From an uncultured Muribaculaceae bacterium (GTDB lineage: Bacteria > Bacillota_I > Bacilli_A > RF39 > UBA660): a stretch of 62,738 nucleotides of DNA. The notes beneath the pieces were generated by a model. That model made no database searches, had not been told where the DNA came from, and was given only the letters and a program-made list of their open reading frames with translations. The DNA lies in NCBI GenBank assembly GCA_964369865.1, contig CAYJFL010000003.1, forward strand, positions 5,700 through 68,437. Direction: 5' to 3'. The position numbers and the translations under genes are program-made. Below are positions 37,245 to 47,201 of this stretch, in pieces; within the stretch, counting starts at the first letter, position 1, and the number at the start of each line of letters is the position of its first letter.

Positions 37245-37811
37245 ATGTGGGTTTATCAAAAAAAATTAGAATATCCAGTTAATATTAAAACTAAGGATGT
37301 TGAAATGGCTAAAAATATAGTAACACAGCTTGGAGGACCTTTTGGAGAACTAGCAGCTGCTATTCAGTATTTGACAGCTAGATATACAATGCCAGATGAT
37401 AAGGGTAAGGCTTTATTAACAGATATTGGAACTGAAGAGTTAGCACACGTTGAGATTATATCTACTATGATATATCAATTGTTAAAAGACGCTACTATAG
37501 AAGAATTAAAACAAGCAGGATTAGACGGACATTATTCTCAATTTGGGAAAGATATTTTTCCAACTGATAGCACAGGGAATCCATTTACATGTGCATACGT
37601 TGCTTTAAGTGGGAATCCAATAAGTAATTTAGAATCTAATATGGCTTCAGAACAAAGAGCTAAAGATACTTATGAGCATTTAATGGATTTAACTAATAAT
37701 GAAGAAATATTAAAACCATTATCATTTTTAAGACAAAGAGAAATAGTTCATTATCAAAGATTTAAAGAACTAAGAAATTATTATTTAGAAAAAATGAATA
37801 AAAATACTTAA
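37245..37811 (+). CDS. cotJC: Spore coat protein CotJC (manganese-catalase/ferritin-like)
   Basis: MWVYQKKLEYPV N-terminus, LGGPFGELAAAIQYLTARY, and the EELAHVE metal motif. Confidence 0.92.
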   Translation: MWVYQKKLEYPVNIKTKDVEMAKNIVTQLGGPFGELAAAIQYLTARYTMPDDKGKALLTDIGTEELAHVEIISTMIYQLLKDATIEELKQAGLDGHYSQFGKDIFPTDSTGNPFTCAYVALSGNPISNLESNMASEQRAKDTYEHLMDLTNNEEILKPLSFLRQREIVHYQRFKELRNYYLEKMNKNT

Positions 37812-37858
37812 TTAAGTATTTTTTTCGTTTAATCAAACATAATAACGTAGAGGTGAAT

Positions 37859-38560
37859 ATGAAAAAAAAAATAATTATTATGATTTTAATACTAATTACA
37901 GGATGTAATAAACCAATTGAAGGTAATATAACATCTTTAAAAATAGATGGTACGGAAATTAATGAAAAAGATTATGAAGACTTAGTAGAAAATTTTAATA
38001 AACTTAATTTTAGTAAAATAGAAGTTAGTCATGATAGTAATCATCAATTATTATTAATGACGGATAGTGGAATTATTGAATATAATATTAGTGATAAAGT
38101 GATTGAAATGAAAAAAGAAGGTATAACTTATTATTCAAAAAATATATCTACAATAAATAAAATAAATGATATTATAAAAAAATTATCAACCGACTATACT
38201 GAAGATGAATTTTATAAAATAGAATTAGTGGATAAGTATGAAATAAATAAAAATGATTTTTATCATGAAATAGACACTATTGATCAATACTTTATTATTA
38301 AAAGTGACGTAGAAATAGAAAAATTTATTATTAATAAAACGGAATTGATTGATAATGAATATGTAGATATTGAACCACTTTTAACTGAAAAAAACATTAA
38401 TAAAAATGAAGATATTGTAATAAGGGTAAACATAACTAAAGATTATTTTACTTATAAATTTACTCTAGTAAATGAATATAATAAAGTGGTAGAAATTATA
38501 CCATATTATGATAATGATAAAGAAAAAAATGAACTTAAATATATTATAAATTATAAATAA
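37859..38560 (+). CDS. Lipoprotein, unknown function
   Basis: Signal peptide with lipobox LITGC. SD AGAGGTGA precedes ATG 37859. Confidence 0.7.
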   Translation: MKKKIIIMILILITGCNKPIEGNITSLKIDGTEINEKDYEDLVENFNKLNFSKIEVSHDSNHQLLLMTDSGIIEYNISDKVIEMKKEGITYYSKNISTINKINDIIKKLSTDYTEDEFYKIELVDKYEINKNDFYHEIDTIDQYFIIKSDVEIEKFIINKTELIDNEYVDIEPLLTEKNINKNEDIVIRVNITKDYFTYKFTLVNEYNKVVEIIPYYDNDKEKNELKYIINYK

Positions 38561-38645
38561 TGGTAATATTTGGGGTTTGCATTGAATTTTGAATTGTGCT
38601 ATTATTATTTTGGTTGTCACAAGAACAAGAAGAGGTGTTATATAA

Positions 38646-39275
38646 ATGAAAACCAAGTCCAGAAGTATTTTTATACTATCAGTGATAGTAGTAGGACTTC
38701 TAATTACAGGAATAAATTTAGAAAGTAATATAAAGTTAGATACTAAAGAAGAAGTTAAAACTGTATCAAATGAAGTGGTTGCAATTGAGTATGATATTAA
38801 TGCTCTTAATAATTCAGCTAGTTTAGTAGCTGAAGCTTCAGTGGAAATTGCTGACCCAGTAGTTTATAATGGATTAACAATGACAGAATTAACTAATCAA
38901 TTAAATAAATCATTAAAAGGTCATCTTGCTAATACAGGGCATATATTTGCTGAGGAAAGTATAAGTAGAGGTATTGATCCTTACTTAGCATTAGCAATAG
39001 TGCTTCACGAAACAGGATGTAATGGTAAGTGTTCCTCACAAGTTATAAATTGTAATAATGTTGGTGGTATGAAAGGTAGTGGAGCATGTAATGGTGGTAG
39101 CTATGCTGTATTTGATACATTAGAATCAGGAATCATTGCTTATTTAAGTAATTTACAAAGAAATTATTATAATTATGGTTTAACAACAGTTGAATCAATT
39201 GGTCCAAAGTATGCTGCTAGTACTACTTGGGCAAAACAAGTTAATAATTATATTTATAGTATTGCTAACAAATAA
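38646..39275 (+). CDS. Membrane-anchored glucosaminidase-family (LytD/FlgJ-type) peptidoglycan hydrolase-like protein
   Basis: N-terminal TM. GIDPYLALAIVLHETG...NNVGGMKG...FDTLESGI pattern resembles the mannosyl-glycoprotein endo-beta-N-acetylglucosaminidase domain. Confidence 0.7.
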   Translation: MKTKSRSIFILSVIVVGLLITGINLESNIKLDTKEEVKTVSNEVVAIEYDINALNNSASLVAEASVEIADPVVYNGLTMTELTNQLNKSLKGHLANTGHIFAEESISRGIDPYLALAIVLHETGCNGKCSSQVINCNNVGGMKGSGACNGGSYAVFDTLESGIIAYLSNLQRNYYNYGLTTVESIGPKYAASTTWAKQVNNYIYSIANK

Positions 39276-39353
39276 AATTATAGTTTAACTATAATTTTTT
39301 TATTACTTCTCAAATATGTTACCTTTATGTTATAATATTATTGGTGATAATTT

Positions 39354-39710
39354 ATGGAAAACAAAAAAATTATAGCTGTAAAATTAATAAAGGATAAAAT
39401 AATTGGTAAAAATATGATGACATATAAAGAAATAGCTCATGTTACTGATTATCATCCAAAATATATTTTAAAGTTAAAAAAGGAATTGTTAGAAGGTAGT
39501 ATTAAACTAGTACATGGTAATAAGAATAAACGAAGCAAAAAAGCAATATCATTAGAAGAAGAAGAAAAAATAATTAACTTATATAAAAAATCAACTGTAA
39601 GTATTAGAAGGTTTGTAAAATTTTATAATACTAGAAGTTATTCCTGTATTTATAATATTTTAGATAAACGTGGATTAATAGAAAAAGAAGATGAGAAAGT
39701 AGGTTCCTAA
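39354..39710 (+). CDS. HTH protein resembling the N-terminal ~115 aa of ISNCY/ISLre2-type DDE transposases; no catalytic domain
   Basis: Layout is HTH ... HGNKNKRSKKAIS ... IINLYKK ... SYSCIYNILDKRGL, matching the HGNxGRxPxN / LY / S..tv..iL pattern of those transposase N-termini. The stop overlaps the next ATG (TAAATG). Confidence 0.55.
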   Translation: MENKKIIAVKLIKDKIIGKNMMTYKEIAHVTDYHPKYILKLKKELLEGSIKLVHGNKNKRSKKAISLEEEEKIINLYKKSTVSIRRFVKFYNTRSYSCIYNILDKRGLIEKEDEKVGS

Positions 39711-41324
39711 ATGAAAAATAATAAAATACTTATACTAAGAATTATAACAACATTAATTTTAGCACTAACAATTTATTATTTAACTCTTCCTGTTTTTAAT
39801 ATAACAAGTATGAGTTTATATAGTTACTTAATAATTGTAGTAGTAATATTTTTACTAACAGGTATTATTAAACTTATAAAAAATGTAAATATAATAATAA
39901 ATCAAAATTATAATATAGACTTAAAATTTATAAAAAAATATGGTAAAACACTAGCAGCTATTCCAATCGTAATAGTGATAATTGTATTAATAAATGCTTT
40001 TTATTCACCAGTATTATCATCTAAAATGTATGCTAATAGAATTGAAGTGAATGAAGAAGCTAATTTTAATGAAGAAATAAAAGAAGTTAATTTTAATGAG
40101 ATACCATTATTAGATAAGGCATCAACTACTAAGCTTGGTGATCGTGTAATGGGTGAATTTCCAGAATATGTTTCTCAATATGTAGTTTCGGATTTATATA
40201 CACAGATAACATATCAGGAAGATATTGTCAGAGTTACTCCGCTTGAGTATGCAGATTTTATAAAATATTTATCAAATCAAAAAGAAGGAATAAAAGCATA
40301 TATAAAAGTATCTTCAACTACAGGAGAGGCTGAACTAGTTAAACTTGATAAAGGTATGAAATATATGCCTTCAGCATATTTTAATTATGATTTAACAAGA
40401 CATGTTAGATTAAATTATCCAACAGAAATAACAGCTACTCCAAATTTTGAAATTGATGATGAAGGTAATCCATACTGGGTAATACCAACTATAAAATATA
40501 CAGGAGTAGACAATTTAGAAGAAATCGATGGAATTATTTTAGTAGATCCAATAAGTGGAGGTACTAAAAAATATAATTTAAAAGATATACCTAAATGGGT
40601 AGATCATGTATATCCTTCAAACTTGGTTATAGAACAATTAAATAATTGGGGAACTTATCAAGATGGATTTATTAATTCTATATTTGGTCAAAAAGGTGTT
40701 GTTGTAACAACAAGTGGTTATAATTATTTAAGTGTTAATAATGATATATATTTATATACAGGAATAACAAGTGTAGCAAAGGATGAAGCAAATTTAGGGT
40801 TTGTACTTGTTAATCTAAGAACTAAAGATACTTCATATTATAAAATACCAGGAGCTGAAGAATATAGTGCAATGGAAAGCGCTGAAGGTCAAGTACAAGA
40901 AAAAAATTATAAAGCAACATTTCCGTTATTAATAAATTTAAATGAGAATCCAACATATTTAATTTCATTAAAAGATAATGCAGGGTTAGTAAAAATGTAT
41001 GCTTTTGTTGATGTTAAGGATTATCAAAAAGTAGTGGTAACTGATGCAACCTTAGGGATAGAAAAAGCAAAAGATAATTATTTATCAAATGTTGAAATTG
41101 AAGATGAAACTGAAATAATAAAAAAAGAAATAACTATATCTAAAATAAATGAAGTAATAATTAGTGGGAATACGATTTACTATATTGAAGATTTAGAAAA
41201 TAATAAATATAAAGTATCAATAAAGGCAAATGAAGATTTATTGCCATTTGTTGAAGAAAAAGACATATTGGAAATAGAGTATAAAAAAGATAGTGAAGTT
41301 ATAGAAATAATAGCTGTTAAATAG
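39711..41324 (+). CDS. Large membrane protein (3 N-terminal TM segments + ~430-aa extracytoplasmic region), unknown function
   Basis: Long clean ORF, translationally coupled to the HTH gene. No family recognised by eye. Confidence 0.7.
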   Translation: MKNNKILILRIITTLILALTIYYLTLPVFNITSMSLYSYLIIVVVIFLLTGIIKLIKNVNIIINQNYNIDLKFIKKYGKTLAAIPIVIVIIVLINAFYSPVLSSKMYANRIEVNEEANFNEEIKEVNFNEIPLLDKASTTKLGDRVMGEFPEYVSQYVVSDLYTQITYQEDIVRVTPLEYADFIKYLSNQKEGIKAYIKVSSTTGEAELVKLDKGMKYMPSAYFNYDLTRHVRLNYPTEITATPNFEIDDEGNPYWVIPTIKYTGVDNLEEIDGIILVDPISGGTKKYNLKDIPKWVDHVYPSNLVIEQLNNWGTYQDGFINSIFGQKGVVVTTSGYNYLSVNNDIYLYTGITSVAKDEANLGFVLVNLRTKDTSYYKIPGAEEYSAMESAEGQVQEKNYKATFPLLINLNENPTYLISLKDNAGLVKMYAFVDVKDYQKVVVTDATLGIEKAKDNYLSNVEIEDETEIIKKEITISKINEVIISGNTIYYIEDLENNKYKVSIKANEDLLPFVEEKDILEIEYKKDSEVIEIIAVK

Positions 41325-41332
41325 GAGAAATA

Positions 41333-41983
41333 ATGACAATAGTTAGGCATAATAAAAAAGGATCGCTTATAGTAGTAAGTGGTCCTAGTGGAGTAGGAAA
41401 AGATACTATTTGTAATGAAATAGTAAATAGAAATGAAAAAGTATGGATGTCTGTTAGTACAACTACACGAGAACCGAGAGTTGGTGAAATTGAAGGAATA
41501 AATTATTTTTATGTTTCAAAAGAACAATTTGAAAAGCAAATAGAAGATGGTGATTTTTTAGAATATGCAGTAGTACATAGTGGAAATTATTATGGTACTT
41601 TAAAAAATACTATTATAGAAAAATTAGACGATGGGTATGATGTTATATTGAATATTGATATTCAAGGAGCGATAAATATAGGTAAAGAAACTGATGATGC
41701 AATATTTATATTTATAATGCCACCAACAATGGAGATATTAAAACAAAGGTTAATAGATCGTGCAACGGAGACTGAGGATAAAGTATTAGAGCGATTTAAA
41801 ACTGCTTATAAAGAAATAAATGAATTTAAAAAATATAATTATGTTGTAGTTAATGACAAATTAGAAGATGCTGTTAAAAAAGTTGATTCTATATTATTAA
41901 GTGAAAAATGTCGTGTTGATCGTATAGAACAATTAGATTTAGATAATAAAGAAGAATTTATTCATGAAACTTTAGTACATTAA
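41333..41983 (+). CDS. gmk: Guanylate kinase
   Basis: P-loop SGPSGVGKDT, TTREPRVGE and YYGT motifs. Confidence 0.95.
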   Translation: MTIVRHNKKGSLIVVSGPSGVGKDTICNEIVNRNEKVWMSVSTTTREPRVGEIEGINYFYVSKEQFEKQIEDGDFLEYAVVHSGNYYGTLKNTIIEKLDDGYDVILNIDIQGAINIGKETDDAIFIFIMPPTMEILKQRLIDRATETEDKVLERFKTAYKEINEFKKYNYVVVNDKLEDAVKKVDSILLSEKCRVDRIEQLDLDNKEEFIHETLVH

Positions 41984-42005
41984 AATAGCTTTCAGCTATT
42001 TTTTA
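41983..42005 (+). terminator. Rho-independent terminator after gmk
   Basis: AAATAGCT / AGCTATTT stem plus T-run. Confidence 0.75.
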
Positions 42006-42061
42006 TTTGAAAAAAATTATATTTTTTGGTATGCTATTAATATAGAGTAGAGGTTGAGTAT

Positions 42062-43951
42062 ATGAAAAAAAATGGTTTCACATTAATTGAATTATTAGTA
42101 GTAATAACTATATTAGCTTTAATAGTTATTTTAATCTTTCCAGTAGTAAATGGATTAATTGAAAATTCTAGAATTGAAAGTTTTAAAAATAGTGTGTTTA
42201 ATACTATGGATGCTATTTCTGAAGATTTAGGGATAGATAATTTTGAAATCTTTCCAGAAGATGGAATATTAGCTAATAGTGATATTGAATCATTAGAAAA
42301 AAATCCGTTTATATCAGGAGTATTTTATTTGATAGATGGTAATATCACAGCAAGTAATGTAAGTGATGGTAAATATTGTGCAAATGGATCTAAAGAAGAT
42401 TTAAAAGTAACTAAAGGTGAATGTCACTTGTTAGATGATACAGCGCCATCTAATATTACGTTAACACCATCTAAAATAAGTAGTAACTCATTTAAAGTAA
42501 TAGTGGAAGCTAACGAAGAAGAAAGCGCTATTGCTAAATACGAATATTCAATTGATGGAGGAAAAACTTATCCATATAAATCAAATAGTAATGTATATAC
42601 CTTTAATAAATTAACTAAAAATACAACTTATCCAGTAAAAGTAAAAGTAACTAATTTAGCTGGATTATCAGGAGAAAGTTCAACTTTAAATGTAAAAACA
42701 ACGAACTTTAGTGCACCTACATTTACAAGTAATCCAAGTCTAGGATCATGGAGTCATAATAAAACTGTAACAATCATATATCCAACAGATATAGAAGATT
42801 TAAAATATGATTATAGTTTGGATATGGGAAAAACATGGATAAGATTATCGAAAGGAAATACAGTAGATATATTTGTAGATAAAGAGACAACAATAATAGC
42901 AAGGGTACAAGATGGATTTGATCCAAACAAAGAAGAAACAGCTACATTAGTAGTAAATAACTTTGATAAAACAGCACCAAATGTACCAACAGCAAATATT
43001 AGAATAGGTAGTAGTAGTGGAACAATAAGAAGTAACACAACTACATATATTAACCAAACTTTATGGTGGGGAAATTTTAGTGCAGTGGATCCAGTAGGAG
43101 AAATAAGTCATTATGAATATTCTGCTAATTGTACTGGTAGTAGTAGTGGAACGATAAGTTCAAAAACATATTCAAGTACAACAGCATCAAGTGCATGTTT
43201 AAGAGCTGTTGATAAAGCTGGAAATAAAAGTGCGTGGAGTGGCAGATACTATTTCTATGTTGATAAAACAGCACCAACAGTACCATCTATTAATTTAAAT
43301 GGATATACAAGTGGTAACTGGACTAATCAAAATGTATCTCAAACAGTAACTGGTGGTAGTGATGCTCACAGTGGATTTAATCGTTATGAATATTCACATG
43401 ATAAGAGTGGATTTGCAAATATGCCATCAAACCCTTTTGTAGTAGCAAATCAAAATCAATATTTTTATTATCGAAGTGTAGATAATGCTGGAAATAAAAG
43501 TGCATGGTCAAGTGGAGTGTTAATTAAGCAAGATCACTCACGTCCAAATTCACCAAAATTTGAAAGGGCATGGCTGCTTTATCCTACTAATTCATCACGA
43601 TATACAATCGATTACAGTAATTGTATAGGTAAAGGTGGTAAAAATTATGATGAAGCATGTACAATTTACGTGAATGATCAAGTATATTTTAACTGGGATA
43701 TAAAGTTTGATGAAGGTGACCCAGGAATAGGAGAATTTACTTGGACGCATAGTGGAGGAGCACATACAGGTGGAGATTATTGTGAAACATGGACAACACT
43801 AGCAGAGGCAAATACAAAATGTAGCCATTTTGAAGGAAAGTTTGATGCATCTCCTTTAACTAGTTGGACATGGGTTAAAGCAAGAGAAAGAACAGTAGAT
43901 AAAGCTGGTAATGTAGGATACTATTTAGAAATGAATGTAGTAGTTAGATAA
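42062..43951 (+). CDS. Prepilin-type N-terminal methylation-domain protein with a large Fn3/Ig-like extracellular region
   Basis: Class III signal MKKNG/FTLIELLVVITILALIV. Fn3-like module (APSNITLTP...YEYSIDGGKTY...VTNLAGLSGES). Three modules marked by DKTAPxVP and VD[KN]AGN[KV]. Confidence 0.8.
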   Translation: MKKNGFTLIELLVVITILALIVILIFPVVNGLIENSRIESFKNSVFNTMDAISEDLGIDNFEIFPEDGILANSDIESLEKNPFISGVFYLIDGNITASNVSDGKYCANGSKEDLKVTKGECHLLDDTAPSNITLTPSKISSNSFKVIVEANEEESAIAKYEYSIDGGKTYPYKSNSNVYTFNKLTKNTTYPVKVKVTNLAGLSGESSTLNVKTTNFSAPTFTSNPSLGSWSHNKTVTIIYPTDIEDLKYDYSLDMGKTWIRLSKGNTVDIFVDKETTIIARVQDGFDPNKEETATLVVNNFDKTAPNVPTANIRIGSSSGTIRSNTTTYINQTLWWGNFSAVDPVGEISHYEYSANCTGSSSGTISSKTYSSTTASSACLRAVDKAGNKSAWSGRYYFYVDKTAPTVPSINLNGYTSGNWTNQNVSQTVTGGSDAHSGFNRYEYSHDKSGFANMPSNPFVVANQNQYFYYRSVDNAGNKSAWSSGVLIKQDHSRPNSPKFERAWLLYPTNSSRYTIDYSNCIGKGGKNYDEACTIYVNDQVYFNWDIKFDEGDPGIGEFTWTHSGGAHTGGDYCETWTTLAEANTKCSHFEGKFDASPLTSWTWVKARERTVDKAGNVGYYLEMNVVVR

Positions 43952-43954
43952 ATA

Positions 43955-43981
43955 AAAAACAACATAAATATGTTGTTTTTT
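43955..43981 (+). terminator. Rho-independent terminator after the pilin-like gene
   Basis: AAAAACAACA / TGTTGTTTTT stem plus T-run. Confidence 0.75.
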
Positions 43982-44046
43982 GTCTGTTTTAAATAATAAT
44001 GTTAAGTAGCTATTAATCATATTCTTTAATAGGAGGATATGAAAAA

Positions 44047-46668
44047 ATGAATAATACTGGATTGACAGATAAAGAAGTACTTATAAATAGAGAAAAATAT
44101 GGAACAAATAAAATTGATGGTAAGATACAAGATTCCTTCTGTAAATTACTAATAGAATCACTTGGAGATCCGATTATAAAGATATTATTAATAGCTCTAG
44201 GTATAAAAATTGTATTTCTTTTAAGTAGTTTTGATTGGTATGAAACAATAGGGATTGTAATTGCTATTTTGTTAGCATCATTTATATCAACCATATCTGA
44301 ATACGGAAGTGAGAAAGCTTTTAAAAGGCTGCAAGAAGAAAATTCAACGCTAAATGCAAAAATAAAAAGAAGCAATAATTTAGTGACTATTAATTCAAAT
44401 GAAATAGTTGTTAATGATATTATAAAAATTGAATCAGGTGATAAGATATGTGCCGATGGGTATATAATTAGTGGTGAAGTTTTTGTTGATGAGTCAACGA
44501 TAAATGGTGAAGCAAAAGAAAAGTTAAAGAAAGCTGTTATATCAAAAAATAGGATAAATGAGAACAATAAAGTTTATCGTGGAACAACAGTATACTCAAA
44601 AAGTGCATATATGCTTGTAACTAGTGTCGGTAATAATACTTTATATGGTAAGTTGAGTAAAGAACTGACGGATAAGCAACCAGAAAGTCCATTGAAGTTA
44701 AGATTAAGAAAACTAGCTTTAACTATAAGTAAAATAGGTTATATTGGTAGTGTATTAGTAAGTATATCTTTTTTATTTAATAAAATTATTATAGAAAATA
44801 ATTTTAATATAAATTTAATTATAGACACAATAACTAATTTACCATTAATGTTTAGTTATTTATTATATGCCTTAACATTATCAGTAACAATAATTGTAGT
44901 AGCTGTTCCAGAAGGATTACCTATGATGATTACATTAGTACTATCATCTAATATGAAAAGAATGCTTAAAAATAATGTTTTAGTAAGAAAGATGACAGGT
45001 ATAGAAACTGCTGGAAGTATCAATATTCTATTTACTGATAAAACAGGAACTCTAACTAATGGTAAGTTAGAAGTAATTAATTTTATGAGTGGAAATAAAA
45101 TTAATTACTACAATGAATTAGAGTTAGAAAAATATCCAAAGTTACATTTTATTACAAAAATTTCAATGATAATCAATAATGATTGCCAACTTAATAGTGA
45201 TGGTAAATTAATAGGAGGAAATATAACTGATAGAGCTCTAATTAATTTTATGGGAGATAAAGGTAATCTTCGTATTAAAATATTAGATAAAATAGATTTT
45301 GATAGTAAAAATAAATATTCTATAACAAAGATAAATCTAGATAGTAATATAAACTTAATTAAAGGTGCACCAGAAATAATCTTGAATAAATGTAAGAGTT
45401 ATTACACAGAAGATGGAAGTAAAAGTTATAATATTGACCATAAATCTTTAAATTTAGAAATAAAAAAAATGACTGAAAAAGGTATTAGAGTTATTGCTTT
45501 AGCAGCTTCATCCTCTAAAGTTATAGATGATTTATCTAATTTAACACTAGTAGGTTTAGTATTTATAAAAGATGAAGTAAGAGATACTGCTAAAGATGCT
45601 ATAAAAATAGTTAAGGAAGCAGGAATACAACCTGTAATGATAACAGGAGATAATATCTTAACTGCAACATCAATTGGTAGAGAACTTGATTTAATTAAAA
45701 GTAATGAAGATATTATATTAACTAGTGAAGATTTATCCAATCTAAGCGATGATCAAATAAAAGAAATATTACCAAAACTAAAAATAGTTGCTAGAAGTTT
45801 ACCTAGTGATAAAAGCAGATTGGTCAAACTTAGTAGAGAAGTAGGATTAGTAGTAGGTATGACAGGGGACGGTGTAAACGATGCTCCAGCACTGAAGCAT
45901 GCAGATGTAGGATTTAGTATGGGAAGTGGTAGTGAAGTAGCTAAAGAAGCAAGTGATATAGTTATTTTAGATAATAATTTTTTATCAATTACAAAGGCTA
46001 TCTTATACGGAAGAACAATATTTAAAAGCATAAGAAAATTTATAATTGTACAATTAACAATTAATTTATGCGCAATTACTTTATCATTTTTAGGACCCTT
46101 TATAGGAATTGATACACCTGTAACAGTTATTCAAATGTTATGGATTAATATGGTTATGGATACTTTAGCTGGCTTAGCATTCGCTTTTGAAGCTCCATTG
46201 AAAGAGTATATGAAAGAAAAACCTAAATCTAAAGATGAATCTATTATAAATAAATATATGGTTAATCAAATATTAGCAACTGGAATTTACTCATCAATTT
46301 TATGTGTATTATTTTTAAAAGTTCCTTTTATAAGTAATATGTTTAGAACTGATACAAATAATATATATTTAATGACAGCATTTTTTGGTTTATTTATATT
46401 CATTGATATATTTAATTGTTTTAATGCTAGAACACATAGATTAAATATTTTTTCCAATATATTAAAAAATAAAATGTTTATAATAATAATGTCATTTATA
46501 TTAGTTGTACAAATATTATTAATATACTTTGGTGGTTCAATGTTTAGAACAGCTTATTTATTACCAAAAGAATTTTTAATAATGATTATGTTCGCAATAA
46601 CTGTAATACCATATGATTTTATTAGAAAATATATTTTAAAATTACAAAATAAAAAATTAGGTGTATAA
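44047..46668 (+). CDS. Calcium-type (P2) cation-translocating P-type ATPase
   Basis: Motifs DKTGTLT, MITGDN, GDGVNDAPAL and PEGLP; 873 aa with about 10 TM segments. Confidence 0.94.
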   Translation: MNNTGLTDKEVLINREKYGTNKIDGKIQDSFCKLLIESLGDPIIKILLIALGIKIVFLLSSFDWYETIGIVIAILLASFISTISEYGSEKAFKRLQEENSTLNAKIKRSNNLVTINSNEIVVNDIIKIESGDKICADGYIISGEVFVDESTINGEAKEKLKKAVISKNRINENNKVYRGTTVYSKSAYMLVTSVGNNTLYGKLSKELTDKQPESPLKLRLRKLALTISKIGYIGSVLVSISFLFNKIIIENNFNINLIIDTITNLPLMFSYLLYALTLSVTIIVVAVPEGLPMMITLVLSSNMKRMLKNNVLVRKMTGIETAGSINILFTDKTGTLTNGKLEVINFMSGNKINYYNELELEKYPKLHFITKISMIINNDCQLNSDGKLIGGNITDRALINFMGDKGNLRIKILDKIDFDSKNKYSITKINLDSNINLIKGAPEIILNKCKSYYTEDGSKSYNIDHKSLNLEIKKMTEKGIRVIALAASSSKVIDDLSNLTLVGLVFIKDEVRDTAKDAIKIVKEAGIQPVMITGDNILTATSIGRELDLIKSNEDIILTSEDLSNLSDDQIKEILPKLKIVARSLPSDKSRLVKLSREVGLVVGMTGDGVNDAPALKHADVGFSMGSGSEVAKEASDIVILDNNFLSITKAILYGRTIFKSIRKFIIVQLTINLCAITLSFLGPFIGIDTPVTVIQMLWINMVMDTLAGLAFAFEAPLKEYMKEKPKSKDESIINKYMVNQILATGIYSSILCVLFLKVPFISNMFRTDTNNIYLMTAFFGLFIFIDIFNCFNARTHRLNIFSNILKNKMFIIIMSFILVVQILLIYFGGSMFRTAYLLPKEFLIMIMFAITVIPYDFIRKYILKLQNKKLGV

Positions 46669-46679
46669 AAAAGAAACTA

Positions 46680-47153
46680 TTAATTAGTTTCTTTTTTACA
46701 AGTAAATTGAATATTTTCTAATTGCTTAATATATAATGGTAGACTTAATTTACCATCAACTACAGGTGATTTACTATCACTACTGCTTGTAACACCACCA
46801 CTAACAGAGTTATCAAAACTATCAATAGTATTTTCATTAACATCAGTTACTGAAGTAAATTTATATGTATTATCTTTTATTTCAGTTGTATATTTAACCT
46901 CATTATTACTAACTTCTTTATATTCTAATAATAATTCACTAAATTGTTTTTTTAATTCCTCATCATCGCTAGTGTAAGAAGTAGTAGATTTTATATTTGT
47001 AACTACTTCATCTTCATAATCTATAATAATTTCAACATTATGAGTAAAAACGTTATCCTTATATTCATAATTACATAAATAAACTTCATCTTTTTCACTA
47101 TTGCATCCAGCTAGTAATAATAAACAAGTTCCTAAAATTAATAATTTTTTCAT
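46680..47153 (-). CDS. Lipoprotein, paralog A
   Basis: Lipobox LLAGC and C-terminal ...CKKETN; similar in layout to the neighbouring gene. Confidence 0.7.
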   Translation of the reverse strand: MKKLLILGTCLLLLAGCNSEKDEVYLCNYEYKDNVFTHNVEIIIDYEDEVVTNIKSTTSYTSDDEELKKQFSELLLEYKEVSNNEVKYTTEIKDNTYKFTSVTDVNENTIDSFDNSVSGGVTSSSDSKSPVVDGKLSLPLYIKQLENIQFTCKKETN

Positions 47154-47201
47154 TTTTTCCTCCTATTATATATAAATTATAACATAATAAAAAAAAAGAA
47201 A

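Noticed and set aside
42062-43951. Pilin-like gene as part of a competence (comG) or type IV pilus operon
   Set aside because: It is flanked by gmk with its terminator on one side and by its own terminator plus a P-type ATPase on the other. No ATPase, platform protein, peptidase or minor pilin genes lie within the window, so it is reported as an orphan instead.
44013-46031. Minus-strand ORFs (44013-44567, 45426-45740, 45753-46031) within the P-type ATPase gene
   Set aside because: They are antisense to a full-length ATPase carrying DKTGT, TGDN and GDGxNDxP motifs, so they are shadow ORFs.
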